The position numbers and the translations under genes were made by a program. Below the pieces are notes generated by a model. The model made no database searches, was not told the origin of the DNA, and saw only the letters and a list, made by a program, of their open reading frames with translations. DNA of 64,000 bases from a virus (taxonomy: Duplodnaviria > Heunggongvirae > Uroviricota > Caudoviricetes). The stretch is from the IMG/VR virus record IMGVR_UViG_3300027708_003081; one strand, given 5' to 3'. Below are positions 27,272 through 37,832 of the stretch, piece by piece. Position 1 is the first letter of the stretch; every line of letters starts with the position of its first letter.

Positions 27272-29389
27272 TTATCTTTTTTTACCAAAAACTTGTAACA
27301 ATCCACCGGTTAATGGGGGAACTAAAACCATAGCATCTATAGTACCATTTTCCGCCTCTTCTTTGTCTAAACCTTTGGAAATTGACATTATCAATTGATT
27401 CATCAAATTTGGCGACCCGTCTGGAAGAGGTCCTGTTGGCATACCAATACTTTGTAACACCTCAATCATATTCATCGTAGCCCTTTCAGGTGAAGTACCT
27501 GGTAATAAAGCGGTAAAAGGTAATAACGCCTTTGAAATTTTATTGTTTGAAAATGTATTATTTATTAATTTGAATAAATTTAAGATGTCGTCAATTAATG
27601 ACTTACATTTCCTATAATCAGAAATTAATTGTTGAACAATTAGACCTAATTCAATTAATCTTATATAAATTGTATATTTTTTTAGTGCTTGAGATTTTTG
27701 TAAATCTTGAATAATTGTATCTAATAAATTTAAAATATCTTTTTTTAAAATATCAAATAAAATTTTTAGAAACTCAGCATTAAGTTTAGAAATTGATTCA
27801 ATACAAAAGGTTTTAAATTTTTTTAAAAAATCTATTCCATCATCTATTAAATTATCAACTTCTTGACCTATCGTAGTACCTGACTGTAAAAAAGTATTTC
27901 CGGATTGTATTTGTGTATTAGCAGATTGAATTAAATTATTAACTTTATTTTTTGCATTTTTCTCAACAACCTGAAGTAAAGTAAATATTGGAAGTAAAAT
28001 CTTTGGTGTTAAAATTCCAGATGCAACCGCTTTTGGTAAATCTCTTATTATATTTTTATTTACTTCAATATCTGCATTAACACCTACAGGTATGATTGGT
28101 TTCCAAGATGGATTATCCAAAAAAGTATCAACAATTTTTTCCATCGCAGAAACGGTTTGTTGAGGAGTATTTCCTGAAACTGAATTTCTAAAATCCGCCA
28201 ACTCATTCATTATTGTGTCGACATTAACAGGTAATTCTATTTCACCACAACTTTGTAATGTTATAATTCCTTTTTGTACATTATTTAATTTAGTATCTAT
28301 ATATCTTAAATCCGCCTCATTAAACTCAAAAAAACTTTCATCAACACCATCTAATTCTGGAATTTTTGCGACTCCTGAAACATCAATTTCTCTTCTTGAA
28401 TCATTACATAAACCTAAAATTCTTGATATTATTTTTTCTATTTTTGTATTATCAGTTAATTGTTTTTTCTTTAAACTTAAATTAATATCAACACAGTTTG
28501 ATGCATAATTCATCAAAACACCTATAACATTAACAGGGTCTATTAATTTTATAGTACTGTAATAATCTTTCAAAAATTGTTTTATAGTATTACCACTTAA
28601 AGACATCGTATTACTTTGGGAACCATTCCTGTCAATTAGGTGCACTCTAAAAAAATCTCCACTAACTCCCAAATCATTCGAAGTTTCATAAGAAATATCT
28701 AATAAATTTTGTTCTGATACACCATTATAAAATGCGCTAAATTCTGTACCATAAGTTCTACCAACGTTAGTAGAATCCATTCTTAAATTTAACATTTTGT
28801 TAAAAGGAAAATTTTTAGGTCCACCATAAGGTTTAAAGATGGTGTCTTTTGCTGGAGTTTCTTTTTCGTAAAAAAATTTACCTGCTTGTGTTGTGGGGTC
28901 TATTTTAAGATTACCAAAAAAATCTATAGAATTTAAAGGGATATAAATTCCTTGACTCACAGGTAATGTCTGAATACTTTGAAAAGGGTTTAATGGACTT
29001 GGTGTGACACCATTATATGTTTGTTCTTGAGAACATCCTAAAGCCTTTAAAGTTTCACCAATTAAAATTTCTTGTGCTTTAGGTTCTAATTTAGTTAATG
29101 CTTCAAAAACTTTTTTTCTTATGTATTTAAAAGTTGATGAACTATTTCCTCTAGTTCCTCCGATAAAATCAACAAGATTTTCTAAAGAATTTGGAACGTT
29201 CCTTTGAAATCTTTTTTGTTGCTCTTGTATTTTATTTAATTGAGAGGATACACTACCAATAGATTCGGATAATAAATCTCCTTTACTTTTTTTTAATTGT
29301 TTTTCAGCTTGAGAGAGTTCATTATATGTTTGTAGTGAGGAAATTTTAGATTTTACATCACTAACATCTGAATTTAAATCAACTCCCAT
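27272..29389 (-). CDS. Large hypothetical protein (705 aa), baseplate-region candidate
   Basis: Long ORF co-oriented with the gp5-like gene. Confidence 0.6.
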   Translation of the reverse strand: MGVDLNSDVSDVKSKISSLQTYNELSQAEKQLKKSKGDLLSESIGSVSSQLNKIQEQQKRFQRNVPNSLENLVDFIGGTRGNSSSTFKYIRKKVFEALTKLEPKAQEILIGETLKALGCSQEQTYNGVTPSPLNPFQSIQTLPVSQGIYIPLNSIDFFGNLKIDPTTQAGKFFYEKETPAKDTIFKPYGGPKNFPFNKMLNLRMDSTNVGRTYGTEFSAFYNGVSEQNLLDISYETSNDLGVSGDFFRVHLIDRNGSQSNTMSLSGNTIKQFLKDYYSTIKLIDPVNVIGVLMNYASNCVDINLSLKKKQLTDNTKIEKIISRILGLCNDSRREIDVSGVAKIPELDGVDESFFEFNEADLRYIDTKLNNVQKGIITLQSCGEIELPVNVDTIMNELADFRNSVSGNTPQQTVSAMEKIVDTFLDNPSWKPIIPVGVNADIEVNKNIIRDLPKAVASGILTPKILLPIFTLLQVVEKNAKNKVNNLIQSANTQIQSGNTFLQSGTTIGQEVDNLIDDGIDFLKKFKTFCIESISKLNAEFLKILFDILKKDILNLLDTIIQDLQKSQALKKYTIYIRLIELGLIVQQLISDYRKCKSLIDDILNLFKLINNTFSNNKISKALLPFTALLPGTSPERATMNMIEVLQSIGMPTGPLPDGSPNLMNQLIMSISKGLDKEEAENGTIDAMVLVPPLTGGLLQVFGKKR

Positions 29390-29391
29390 AA

Positions 29392-29757
29392 TTATTTCAT
29401 TTTGTAATTCTGTTCATCATTAGATACGTCCTTCTCAATTAAATTTTGAATTAGGTCATCATCCAAATCTGCCAAAGAAAAATTATCTGTGTTATTATTG
29501 GATTTTTCCCAAATTGTGGATTGAAGTTTAGAAAGATTTATTTTTTTCTCGACGCAATCATTAACTATTTTTTGTTGTTTTTCAATAACTGGACCAATAG
29601 TTATCATATCTTCAGCTTCTTTCATCATGGTCAACATTTTATTTTGAATTCTTATTGCGGTATTTCTTTGTTCTACAAGTTCATTATAGATTTCTTGCAT
29701 TAATGCAAGTATTGATTCTTTAGTAAAATTTATTTCTTTTCTTTGTGGTCTTGACAT
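29392..29757 (-). CDS. Hypothetical coiled-coil protein
   Basis: 121 aa; TATTTAT 4 nt upstream of the ATG. Confidence 0.6.
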   Translation of the reverse strand: MSRPQRKEINFTKESILALMQEIYNELVEQRNTAIRIQNKMLTMMKEAEDMITIGPVIEKQQKIVNDCVEKKINLSKLQSTIWEKSNNNTDNFSLADLDDDLIQNLIEKDVSNDEQNYKMK

Positions 29758-29775
29758 ATAGATAAATATTATATT

Positions 29776-30522
29776 TTAATTTTTCAATTTAGAATGAACA
29801 ATTAAATATAATTTTTTAAATCTTTTAATTGATGTTCTAATTTCTTTAGTATTTAAATTTGTCATTTCTCTGAGTGAAAGTAAAATTACATTTTTGTTAA
29901 ACTTATTATTTTGTGAACCAAAAAATATTGTTTGGTAATTATCAAAAAGTTCAACTAATGCCATCCCTAATTTTTTTTCATTTTCACTTAATTCGTCAGT
30001 ATCAATATAATCTTTTAATTCTTTTAAGTATGTTGCAATAACAAAATCCATTTCTAAAACTTCATCATCAATTGTATAGGACAAATCTGCACGTTCTTCC
30101 AAAGCGGATGATATATCCTCGTAGGAAACTTTTCTATTTGTTTCTTTTTGGTCTTTAATAATTTGACCCATCAAGTAATTTTTACATATAGTCCCAAAAT
30201 AAGAATAAGCCTTTTTGTTCTTTGAAGGCTTAAACTTGTCCACTTTAGTCATTAAAAATGAATGGGTATCAGTATGAATTTCTGTAAAATCCATATCTTT
30301 CCTATATAATTTGTAACGTCTTATTATTGAAGAAATCATCTTATCTAAAGGATGCCTAAGAAATTGGTTATAAATCTTATTTTTTTCTTCTGATGTTGTA
30401 GCAATTAAAAATTCTCTAACCGCATTTTCTTCTCTAACATCAAAATAGTTTTCCTTTATTGCCTTTCTTCCTCTTTTTTTCGACGAAACTTCTTCAGAAA
30501 CACCTGATAAAGATTCTATCAT
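29776..30522 (-). CDS. Phage late-transcription sigma factor (T4 gp55-like)
   Basis: Sigma region-2-like KFKPSKNKKAYSYFGTICKNYL, preceded by basic NYF and helical segments as in gp55 homologues. Confidence 0.65.
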   Translation of the reverse strand: MIESLSGVSEEVSSKKRGRKAIKENYFDVREENAVREFLIATTSEEKNKIYNQFLRHPLDKMISSIIRRYKLYRKDMDFTEIHTDTHSFLMTKVDKFKPSKNKKAYSYFGTICKNYLMGQIIKDQKETNRKVSYEDISSALEERADLSYTIDDEVLEMDFVIATYLKELKDYIDTDELSENEKKLGMALVELFDNYQTIFFGSQNNKFNKNVILLSLREMTNLNTKEIRTSIKRFKKLYLIVHSKLKN

Positions 30523-31328
30523 TATGCGGTTTGAGGTTCATATTTTATGACTCTATCGTCAGCGAAGAAGTACTCTTTTTTTGCAGTTTGTACCCAAAAT
30601 TTAACTTCATCATCAGTCATTTTTGTGTTACCAAATTTGTAATCCCAAAATAAAGATTCTTCTCTCATATTAATATGTTTGTATCCAATTTTAGGGATAG
30701 ACATAATTGATACGGAATTATATGTTAATCTAAGTAAAAACTCATAAATAAATGTTAATTTCATAGACGGTTTAAATCCACCAAAATCTTCAACAATTTG
30801 TTTTTTAAATACCGCTCCCGCAGTTTGAAAGTTCTGATAATTATGTAATGTTTCGTTTGTAAGATATCCCATTTCCATAGTGAAATTCGCTGCAAATGTT
30901 GCTTCATTAGTAAATCCAGCAAAAACATTTTTATTATCGGTATCCACAACTACAGGTAAAAACCCTTGTACTTCAGGATAAGCATCCATATATTTTTTAA
31001 CATTTTTAAACCAAATTGCCGAGTATTCATCGTCAAATTCAAATAAAGAAAACCAATTTCCTTTAGAATTTTTAATTCCATAATTTACTTGTTCACAATA
31101 GTTAGGTTCTTTATCCCACAACAATTTGTTAACCGTTAATGTTCCAAAATCATATTTGTTTAAATGTTCAATTAAAGTTTTTTCTGATGTATGAACAACA
31201 ACTAATTCAAGTGGTTGTGCTGATTGATTTTGAATTGATTTAATTGCTTTATCAAAATACTCAGAAAAATCCTTTTCTAATGATGTTTTGATAGGTAAAA
31301 TGATAGATATTGATAAATTATTTTCCAT
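30522..31328 (-). CDS. Glycosyltransferase family 2 (GT-A)
   Basis: ISIILP...AIKSIQNQ...N.GI...FEFDDEY; ATG at 31328 preferred. Confidence 0.8.
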   Translation of the reverse strand: MENNLSISIILPIKTSLEKDFSEYFDKAIKSIQNQSAQPLELVVVHTSEKTLIEHLNKYDFGTLTVNKLLWDKEPNYCEQVNYGIKNSKGNWFSLFEFDDEYSAIWFKNVKKYMDAYPEVQGFLPVVVDTDNKNVFAGFTNEATFAANFTMEMGYLTNETLHNYQNFQTAGAVFKKQIVEDFGGFKPSMKLTFIYEFLLRLTYNSVSIMSIPKIGYKHINMREESLFWDYKFGNTKMTDDEVKFWVQTAKKEYFFADDRVIKYEPQTA

Positions 31329-31329
31329 A

Positions 31330-32382
31330 TTATTGTTCAGTTTTAGATATTTGTTGTTCAAAAGAATCCGCTCTTAATTTTAAGTACCCATCAAATAAAG
31401 TAACAACAGTAGATTCGAATTCTTGTTTATTTTTATATTGTTCAGCGGTTTTTAATCCTTCTGACTGTAATTCAGGTTTAATGTTATCTTCCAACCAATT
31501 TTGAATAAAATCGGCAACAAAATCAGCCATTAATGTTTTGTCTGTAACCCACATACCGTTATTCTCATTCATCCATTCAGGTTGAATATCTGGTACTTTA
31601 GCCATAACAGGAACACCACAAGCCATAGATTCTAATGGAAATGTTCCAAAAGCGCTTTCGTTATCAATCCAAACACTTAAAAAACATTCTTTTAATGTTT
31701 CTGCAAATTCTTTTTCACTAAGGCCTCTCATATCTTTAAATGTAAACCATCTATATTGTGGGAATTTTAGATAAAAAGTTTTAATCAAATTAATTGTATC
31801 GCTTTGTTCTCTTGAATGAACCGCAACTATCGGCATCGGTGGTAATTTTCTTGGTTCAAAACTCTCACCTATTGTTGGTTTAATGATGTCAAACGTTGTT
31901 TGTCTCATCACTTTTTCCAAATATTGTTTTTGAATATCGGATGTTGTAATACATTTTAAAAACCCAAACTGAGCCCAGTTTTGACCTGGTTGAAGTGTCT
32001 CCAAAATATAAGCGTATGATTGAGATAATACAATTTTACCACAAGGTAAATTTTTAATTTGGTCCATTACAAATCCAAATATTTCAGGAACTACAATAAA
32101 GTCTTCGGGAGCAATTTGTAAATTCTGACCTTCAATTACTGTGTGAGGTAATTCGGACATATATTTTTCATCTAACCATTTTGAAACTCCTGAGTAGTCA
32201 TTTTTTTCGTGAAGAATTATCGGGTTAAAATTATTCTGCTTTAAAGCATATGCGATTTCATAAATAAATCTTACAGATGCCTTTGCATTATCTTTAGTAT
32301 CTTGTACTAAAAAATAAATACGAGATTTTCTATCTAAAAGACTCTGTATTGATTGTTTAACTTTTTCTGTCGTATTTTCCAT
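31330..32382 (-). CDS. GT-B glycosyltransferase (GT4-like)
   Basis: IVVPE and C-terminal FGTFPLESMACGVPV signature. Confidence 0.75.
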   Translation of the reverse strand: MENTTEKVKQSIQSLLDRKSRIYFLVQDTKDNAKASVRFIYEIAYALKQNNFNPIILHEKNDYSGVSKWLDEKYMSELPHTVIEGQNLQIAPEDFIVVPEIFGFVMDQIKNLPCGKIVLSQSYAYILETLQPGQNWAQFGFLKCITTSDIQKQYLEKVMRQTTFDIIKPTIGESFEPRKLPPMPIVAVHSREQSDTINLIKTFYLKFPQYRWFTFKDMRGLSEKEFAETLKECFLSVWIDNESAFGTFPLESMACGVPVMAKVPDIQPEWMNENNGMWVTDKTLMADFVADFIQNWLEDNIKPELQSEGLKTAEQYKNKQEFESTVVTLFDGYLKLRADSFEQQISKTEQ

Positions 32383-32385
32383 ATA

Positions 32386-32679
32386 TTAATAATGATTAAT
32401 TAAATTTTTATTAAGTAAACTATTAAAGGCAAGCTTAAAAGGAACACTAATTGCGTTAGAAGAACTCTTCAATCCTAGTTTATCATCTACTTCTAAATCT
32501 TCTGACAAAATGGTTTCTAACATCATTTTAATCATTTCATATTTTATGATATTAACTTTCATTTCTGATGTTCCAGACACCTCAGTTTCTGGTTCAATTT
32601 CAAGAGTGTCGGACATATCAATATATTTTTCTATTTCATCAAAATCAATAAAATAGTTTTCTCCTAATACATTAAGCAT
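32386..32679 (-). CDS. Hypothetical protein
   Basis: 97-aa ORF within the operon. Confidence 0.6.
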   Translation of the reverse strand: MLNVLGENYFIDFDEIEKYIDMSDTLEIEPETEVSGTSEMKVNIIKYEMIKMMLETILSEDLEVDDKLGLKSSSNAISVPFKLAFNSLLNKNLINHY

Positions 32680-33265
32680 AAATTTCTTGTATTTTATTTT
32701 TTAATTCCTTCAAGTTTTTTATTGAATATTGACAATTAACATCTGAATTATATGATGTTTCATATTTTATAACCAATTTATCCTGAGGTATATTCAATAA
32801 TAAGTTAGGATTCGCAGTAAGTAAAATGTCTATTGAGTCCCACATCGAATTTATTGTAATTTCACTATAAAATTTTACATTTTCAATTAGGCATCCAAAC
32901 TTTGAAAGAAAAAATAAAGACGCCGGCTTAGATTTACCTATTTCATCTGATACTATCAGAATGTCGTGAGAATCTCTCGCATCTAAATAGAAGTCATTTA
33001 AATCATTCATCGACGCCATCTCAACGGAACCGGAATGTCCGAATATTTCCATCGTATGTTCTTTATATAAAAAATCATATAACTCATCTTTATCTTTGAA
33101 TGATAAATGATTCATAATATCCAAAGTAGTCAATTCAGAAATAACTTTATATTCAAATTCAGTTTCTTCTTTAAATGGATTTTCTATATACCATTTTTCA
33201 TATTCTTGTTGAATTTTTTTTAATGTATCCCTTAAAACACCATTAATTTCAATTCCTATCCTCAT
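32672..33265 (-). CDS. HAD/5'(3')-nucleotidase-like protein with a degenerate active site
   Basis: RIGIEINGVLRD matches HAD motif I (IGIDIDGVL) but has E-x-N instead of D-x-D. Confidence 0.55.
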   Translation of the reverse strand: MRIGIEINGVLRDTLKKIQQEYEKWYIENPFKEETEFEYKVISELTTLDIMNHLSFKDKDELYDFLYKEHTMEIFGHSGSVEMASMNDLNDFYLDARDSHDILIVSDEIGKSKPASLFFLSKFGCLIENVKFYSEITINSMWDSIDILLTANPNLLLNIPQDKLVIKYETSYNSDVNCQYSIKNLKELKNKIQEIYA

Positions 33266-34004
33266 TATTTTCGTAATTCTTTAATAGTTTAGTTATAAGC
33301 GGATTTCTAACAATATCGTCTTGACCAAACTCAAAAACACCAATATCATCAGTTTTACTATGTCTACGCATCGCATCCCATAAACCTGTTTGTGTTTTAT
33401 CCTTGTGTCTATCAAATTGTTCTAAATCACCTGAAATTAAAAACTTACTATTAAAACCAATTCTTGTTAATAATAATTTCATTTGATTAGGTGTTGAGTT
33501 TTGAGCCTCCTCAAAAATTAAAATTGAATTATCAATATTCATACCTCTCATATAAGCAAGTGCGAATACTTCAATAACTTCCATATCTTTTAAGGTTTCT
33601 CTTGCCTCCTTACCAATAATTTTATTCATTAGATAATACGACGGGAAAATATATGGGTCTAATTTTTCTTCAACATTACCAGGTAATGAACCAAGTTTTT
33701 CTTCTGCTTCTACGGCCGGCCTAACAATAATAATTTTCTCGTAGGTATTTGAGGGGTCCGCCAATAAATCAAGAGCAGCCTTCATCGCAATATAACTTTT
33801 TCCGACACCCGCAGGTCCAACACAAATAGTAATTTGATTGTCTCTTAATATTTCATAATACTTTCTCTGATTTTCAGATAAAAATTTTTGTTTACTTGGT
33901 TTTTTTATTACTTGAAGTATTTGTTCTTTTTTAGAAAGTTGTGTCTTTTCTTCCGTAACTTTTGGTGTTTGATTTGTTGGTTTTTTTCTTGCTCTTTTTT
34001 CCAT
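33249..34004 (-). CDS. phoH: PhoH-family ATPase
   Basis: GPAGVGKS, RPAVEAEEKLGSLPG, YMRG, EEAQN, LLTRIG, GDLEQ, DIVRNPL. Confidence 0.95.
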   Translation of the reverse strand: MEKRARKKPTNQTPKVTEEKTQLSKKEQILQVIKKPSKQKFLSENQRKYYEILRDNQITICVGPAGVGKSYIAMKAALDLLADPSNTYEKIIIVRPAVEAEEKLGSLPGNVEEKLDPYIFPSYYLMNKIIGKEARETLKDMEVIEVFALAYMRGMNIDNSILIFEEAQNSTPNQMKLLLTRIGFNSKFLISGDLEQFDRHKDKTQTGLWDAMRRHSKTDDIGVFEFGQDDIVRNPLITKLLKNYENNEDRN

Positions 34005-34007
34005 TTT

Positions 34008-34979
34008 TTATTTTGAGTATAATTTAATCCAATATTCAATCATTTCATCTAACATAGATTCAAATGTGTATTTTGGTTTCCATCCTGTTATATTTTTTAA
34101 CTTTGAGCAATCACCTTTTAAATTGTGTAACTCCTCAGGTCTTAAAAATTTTTCATCTTGTTTTACATATTTTTTCCAATCAAGACCCAAATATGAAAAA
34201 ACGTAGTCACATAATTCACGAACTGAATGGGAAATACCTGTAGAACAAACAAAATCATCAGGATTTTCTTGTTGTAGAATCATCCACATAGCCTCGACAT
34301 AGTCTTTGGCGTGACCCCAATCTCTTGTTGCATCAAGATTACCTAATTTTAATGTATCACTTAAACCTAATTTTATTTTAACCGCCTCTTTACAAACTTT
34401 ATTTGTTACGAAGTTTGTACCTCTTCTTGGTGATTCGTGATTAAACAAAATACCATTTGATACAAACATATTATAAGAGTTTCTATAATTTTTACAAATA
34501 TTATAACTGAAAACTTTTGCACATCCATATGGCGACACAGGATTCATCGAGGTAGTTTCTCTTTGGAATCCGTCATAATCAATAGAATTACCAAACATTT
34601 CTGATGATGACGCTTGATATATTTTAATACTAGGTTTTATTAATTTAACAGCTTCCAATAAATTTAACGCACCTAATCCGGTTACGTTTGCCGTGTATAT
34701 TGGTTGGTCAAATGAAATTCTTACGTGAGATTGCGCGGCTAAATTATAAATTTCGCTTGGGTTTGTTTTTTGTATTACACTAATTAATGAAGATAGGTCA
34801 GTTAAATCTGCATAATGTAATATAACTTTATCATACACACTATCTAATCTTGCCGTTTGATTTTCAGATACTGAATTTCTTTTTAATGTTCCGTGTACTT
34901 CGTAACCTTTTTCTAATAAGAATTCCGAAAGATATGAACCATCTTGTCCGTTTATTCCTGTAATTAATGCAATTTTCAT
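34008..34979 (-). CDS. gmd: GDP-mannose 4,6-dehydratase
   Basis: ALITGINGQDGSYL, YNLAAQSHV.ISF, YQASSSEMFG, SPYGCAK, NHESPRRG.NFVT, RDWGHAKDYV; ATG at 34979 preferred. Confidence 0.96.
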   Translation of the reverse strand: MKIALITGINGQDGSYLSEFLLEKGYEVHGTLKRNSVSENQTARLDSVYDKVILHYADLTDLSSLISVIQKTNPSEIYNLAAQSHVRISFDQPIYTANVTGLGALNLLEAVKLIKPSIKIYQASSSEMFGNSIDYDGFQRETTSMNPVSPYGCAKVFSYNICKNYRNSYNMFVSNGILFNHESPRRGTNFVTNKVCKEAVKIKLGLSDTLKLGNLDATRDWGHAKDYVEAMWMILQQENPDDFVCSTGISHSVRELCDYVFSYLGLDWKKYVKQDEKFLRPEELHNLKGDCSKLKNITGWKPKYTFESMLDEMIEYWIKLYSK

Positions 34980-35767
34980 ATATTTTGTGATATTTTTTCT
35001 ATTATAAATTTTTCCCAATAGTCAATTTTTAATTTATCATAATTCCAAGTTTGACTATTTATTTCTTCATATTTATTGTTTAATAAGTCATATGTTATTT
35101 CATCCCAATCATTAATAAATAAAATTGGTAAGTCAGTAAATAACTGATGAGTATTTTCATAAATTACAATTGGTATACTACCCATATACAAAGATTCCCA
35201 TATTCTATGAGTATCAATACCGTTTCCTCTTGGACATAAAACAAATTTAGATGATTTTATGTCTCTCAAATATTTTTTACGACCATCAAGGGTGTGTTCG
35301 GGAGTACCAGTTTTTACCCAACTTTGTTTATTGAATTTATTATAAACAAAGTTTCTTACTGATGGGTAAGTATGAATACTAAAATTCAAATAAAGTAAGT
35401 TATCTTTTTCTATTTTTTCATTAATAACATCAATCATAATTGATTTATTACCATAAATTGGATGTATCGGAGTGTCATCACAATTACTAGTAATACCTAA
35501 AGGTAATCCAAATGTGTTTATGTAATTGGTATTCCTATTAATACAAAAAACAAGTTTAAACTCTTTTGAGATTTCATCCGTTACAGGATAATCTGAATGA
35601 CCCATAACTACAATGTCATTAATTTTAATCGGATGAGGAGACCCTCTCCACATTTGAACTTGTTTATTTAAACGAAAGTAGTCCGTTTTCAAAAAACATA
35701 TTTCGTTTTTTTTACAAAACTCTAAAAAACCATCTTGAGTTATTATATCTTTTTCTTCGTAATGCAT
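34976..35767 (-). CDS. Exostosin-like glycosyltransferase (GT47-like)
   Basis: SSKFVLCPRGNGIDTHRIWESLYMGSIPIV. Confidence 0.72.
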   Translation of the reverse strand: MHYEEKDIITQDGFLEFCKKNEICFLKTDYFRLNKQVQMWRGSPHPIKINDIVVMGHSDYPVTDEISKEFKLVFCINRNTNYINTFGLPLGITSNCDDTPIHPIYGNKSIMIDVINEKIEKDNLLYLNFSIHTYPSVRNFVYNKFNKQSWVKTGTPEHTLDGRKKYLRDIKSSKFVLCPRGNGIDTHRIWESLYMGSIPIVIYENTHQLFTDLPILFINDWDEITYDLLNNKYEEINSQTWNYDKLKIDYWEKFIIEKISQNI

Positions 35768-35775
35768 AAAAGTAT

Positions 35776-36531
35776 TTAATTTTTTTTTGGTTTATATTCT
35801 TTTAATTTATAGTTTTCAAATATTGTTTCAATTGTATAATCCCACGATAATTTTTTCCATCTATCTAAAAAGATATCTCCGTGCCAAAAAAAATCTCGTT
35901 TATTACAAATAATTGTTTCTGCTTGACTTAGAAATCCAATCCACCAAGAGAAGGTACCTTCCGATAATACAATGTTATTAAAATTTTTACCAAAATCAAT
36001 CACTTGTGACGGATTCATATTAATAGGTATTAAGTTATATTTTTTAATTAAGTGAATACAAAATTTATGATTAATTGAATCAGAAGAAATATACCCCCCA
36101 TTAAAATTCATATTACTTAATGCCTCCTCGTAGTACTCCACCGGTAACATTCTCCTATCATTTTGAATGTCTCCAATTCTATAATGTAAGAAAACTAAAT
36201 CTTTATTGATTTGGGTATGTCCTATATTCAGTAAACCTTTTATTTTGTTTTCATTATTTTGAAGAAATTCTTTTTTTTGGAAAAACCCATTAAAATAGTA
36301 ATGTTTATCCTCGACTTCTTTTTTTTCTAAAAAATCAATAAAGTTTGAATCATTTATTTCTAAAAAGTCACTTCCTATTCTACCTGAATTTATATTATTT
36401 TCTTTAAAAAAATTTCCCCACATTTCTGATGAGGAATTTAATTTTAAATTATGTTTTTTTGCAAAAAAAAATGCTGCAAGATATTGTATTAAATTATTAC
36501 CCAATCTACCATCATATTTTATACTAACCAT
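35776..36531 (-). CDS. GT11-like alpha-1,2-fucosyl/colitosyltransferase (divergent)
   Basis: GRLGNNLIQY, GFFQ, LHYRIGD, EYYEEAL, GTFSWWIGFL. Confidence 0.8.
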   Translation of the reverse strand: MVSIKYDGRLGNNLIQYLAAFFFAKKHNLKLNSSSEMWGNFFKENNINSGRIGSDFLEINDSNFIDFLEKKEVEDKHYYFNGFFQKKEFLQNNENKIKGLLNIGHTQINKDLVFLHYRIGDIQNDRRMLPVEYYEEALSNMNFNGGYISSDSINHKFCIHLIKKYNLIPINMNPSQVIDFGKNFNNIVLSEGTFSWWIGFLSQAETIICNKRDFFWHGDIFLDRWKKLSWDYTIETIFENYKLKEYKPKKN

Positions 36532-36560
36532 ATATTAAATCTTATTTTTAATTCAATAAT

Positions 36561-36653
36561 TTACACACTTATCTCTAAATAAACTCCATTTTTGTAATTA
36601 AATTATTTTTGATTAATCTTTTCATCCATACTATTTAGTCCAAAATATTGTAT
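36561..36653 (-). pseudogene. Remnant of an FkbM-family methyltransferase 5' end
   Basis: Reads IQYFGLNSMDEKINQK*FNYKNGVYLEISV*, matching recalled FkbM N-termini (Y.GLN.LD.K..KY.NYKNG.F.E.GA) with premature stops. Confidence 0.45.
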
Positions 36654-36656
36654 ATC

Positions 36657-37814
36657 TTATATATTTTTATTAACAATTTCAATTACTTTTGTTATTTCTT
36701 CATCTGTCATTTGATGATTATTTGGTATATATATTCCAAAATCATGTACTAGTTTAGAATTAGGTAATTCTTTCCTACCATACCTTTCATACCAAAAAGG
36801 ATGCTCATTAATTGAACCACAAATTAATGGTCTACATTCGATATTATTATTACTTAACTCCTCAGTTAGTTTTTTAATATTTTTAGATATAATCGGATAT
36901 GAAAAATTAGATATATATGAATTTTTAATTGGGTTTATTTTCCATAAATTATTTTTTATTTCGTTATGATATCTTAAGTAATTTTTATTTCTATTTTTTA
37001 TTATTTCATCTAATTTATCCATTTGATTTATACCAATAAATGCTTGTAAGTCCGTAGACCTAAGATTAAACCCCGGATAGTAAAAAGTATATAATGACCT
37101 GAATTTATCAATATTATATTCTTCTCTTAATTTTTCTTGTTTTTCTTTTGGAAGGTCTCTATCCCAACCATGTGACCTTATAGATAATAATATGTAATAT
37201 AAATCTTCGTCATTTGTCGATATCATACCTCCTTCAATTGTCGATATATGGTGACCAAAATAAAATGAAAAAGTAGACAGTTCGCCAAAAGTCCCTAACA
37301 TTTTTGAATCATATGTTGAACCCAAAGATTCACAAGTATCTTCAATAAGAAAAATATTATTTTCTTCACATAATTCCATAATTTCTTTCATATGATTAGG
37401 AAATCCTAATACGTGTACTAAAATAATAGCAGCAGGATTTTCATCATTTATTAATCTTTTCAAATGTTCAATATCTAATCCTAGATTTGACATATCACAC
37501 TCACACATTAAAGGTTCTAACCCTAACTGAATTGCCGGAGTTACTGTTGTCACCCAAGATACTGCAGGAACTATTATTTTATTATTTTTTAATTTACCTG
37601 ACAATATTAATGAGTAAATCGCTGCTAAATTGGCCGATGAACCCGAGTTAACAAATATAGAATATTTAACACCCAACCATTTAGACCAAATTTTTTCAAA
37701 TTCAATTGTTAAATCACCTTTAGTTAATCTTGGGTTAGTTTTTAACCAATCAATTAACATATTAATATCTTTACTATCAATAGTATCTTTTACTAAATCT
37801 ATTTTTTCATTCAT
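36657..37814 (-). CDS. colD: GDP-4-keto-6-deoxymannose 3-dehydratase (ColD-type, DegT/DnrJ fold)
   Basis: VNSGSSANL, IEDTCESLG, SFYFGHHISTIEGG with His at the PLP-Lys position; no Fe-S Cys cluster after SHGW. Confidence 0.75.
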   Translation of the reverse strand: MNEKIDLVKDTIDSKDINMLIDWLKTNPRLTKGDLTIEFEKIWSKWLGVKYSIFVNSGSSANLAAIYSLILSGKLKNNKIIVPAVSWVTTVTPAIQLGLEPLMCECDMSNLGLDIEHLKRLINDENPAAIILVHVLGFPNHMKEIMELCEENNIFLIEDTCESLGSTYDSKMLGTFGELSTFSFYFGHHISTIEGGMISTNDEDLYYILLSIRSHGWDRDLPKEKQEKLREEYNIDKFRSLYTFYYPGFNLRSTDLQAFIGINQMDKLDEIIKNRNKNYLRYHNEIKNNLWKINPIKNSYISNFSYPIISKNIKKLTEELSNNNIECRPLICGSINEHPFWYERYGRKELPNSKLVHDFGIYIPNNHQMTDEEITKVIEIVNKNI

Positions 37815-37832
37815 ATTTTATTTTATTTTTTT

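Noticed and set aside
36657-37814. Perosamine synthase or other DegT aminotransferase; CDP-sugar E1 dehydrase
   Set aside because: His replaces the catalytic Lys, and the Fe-S cysteine motif of E1 is absent
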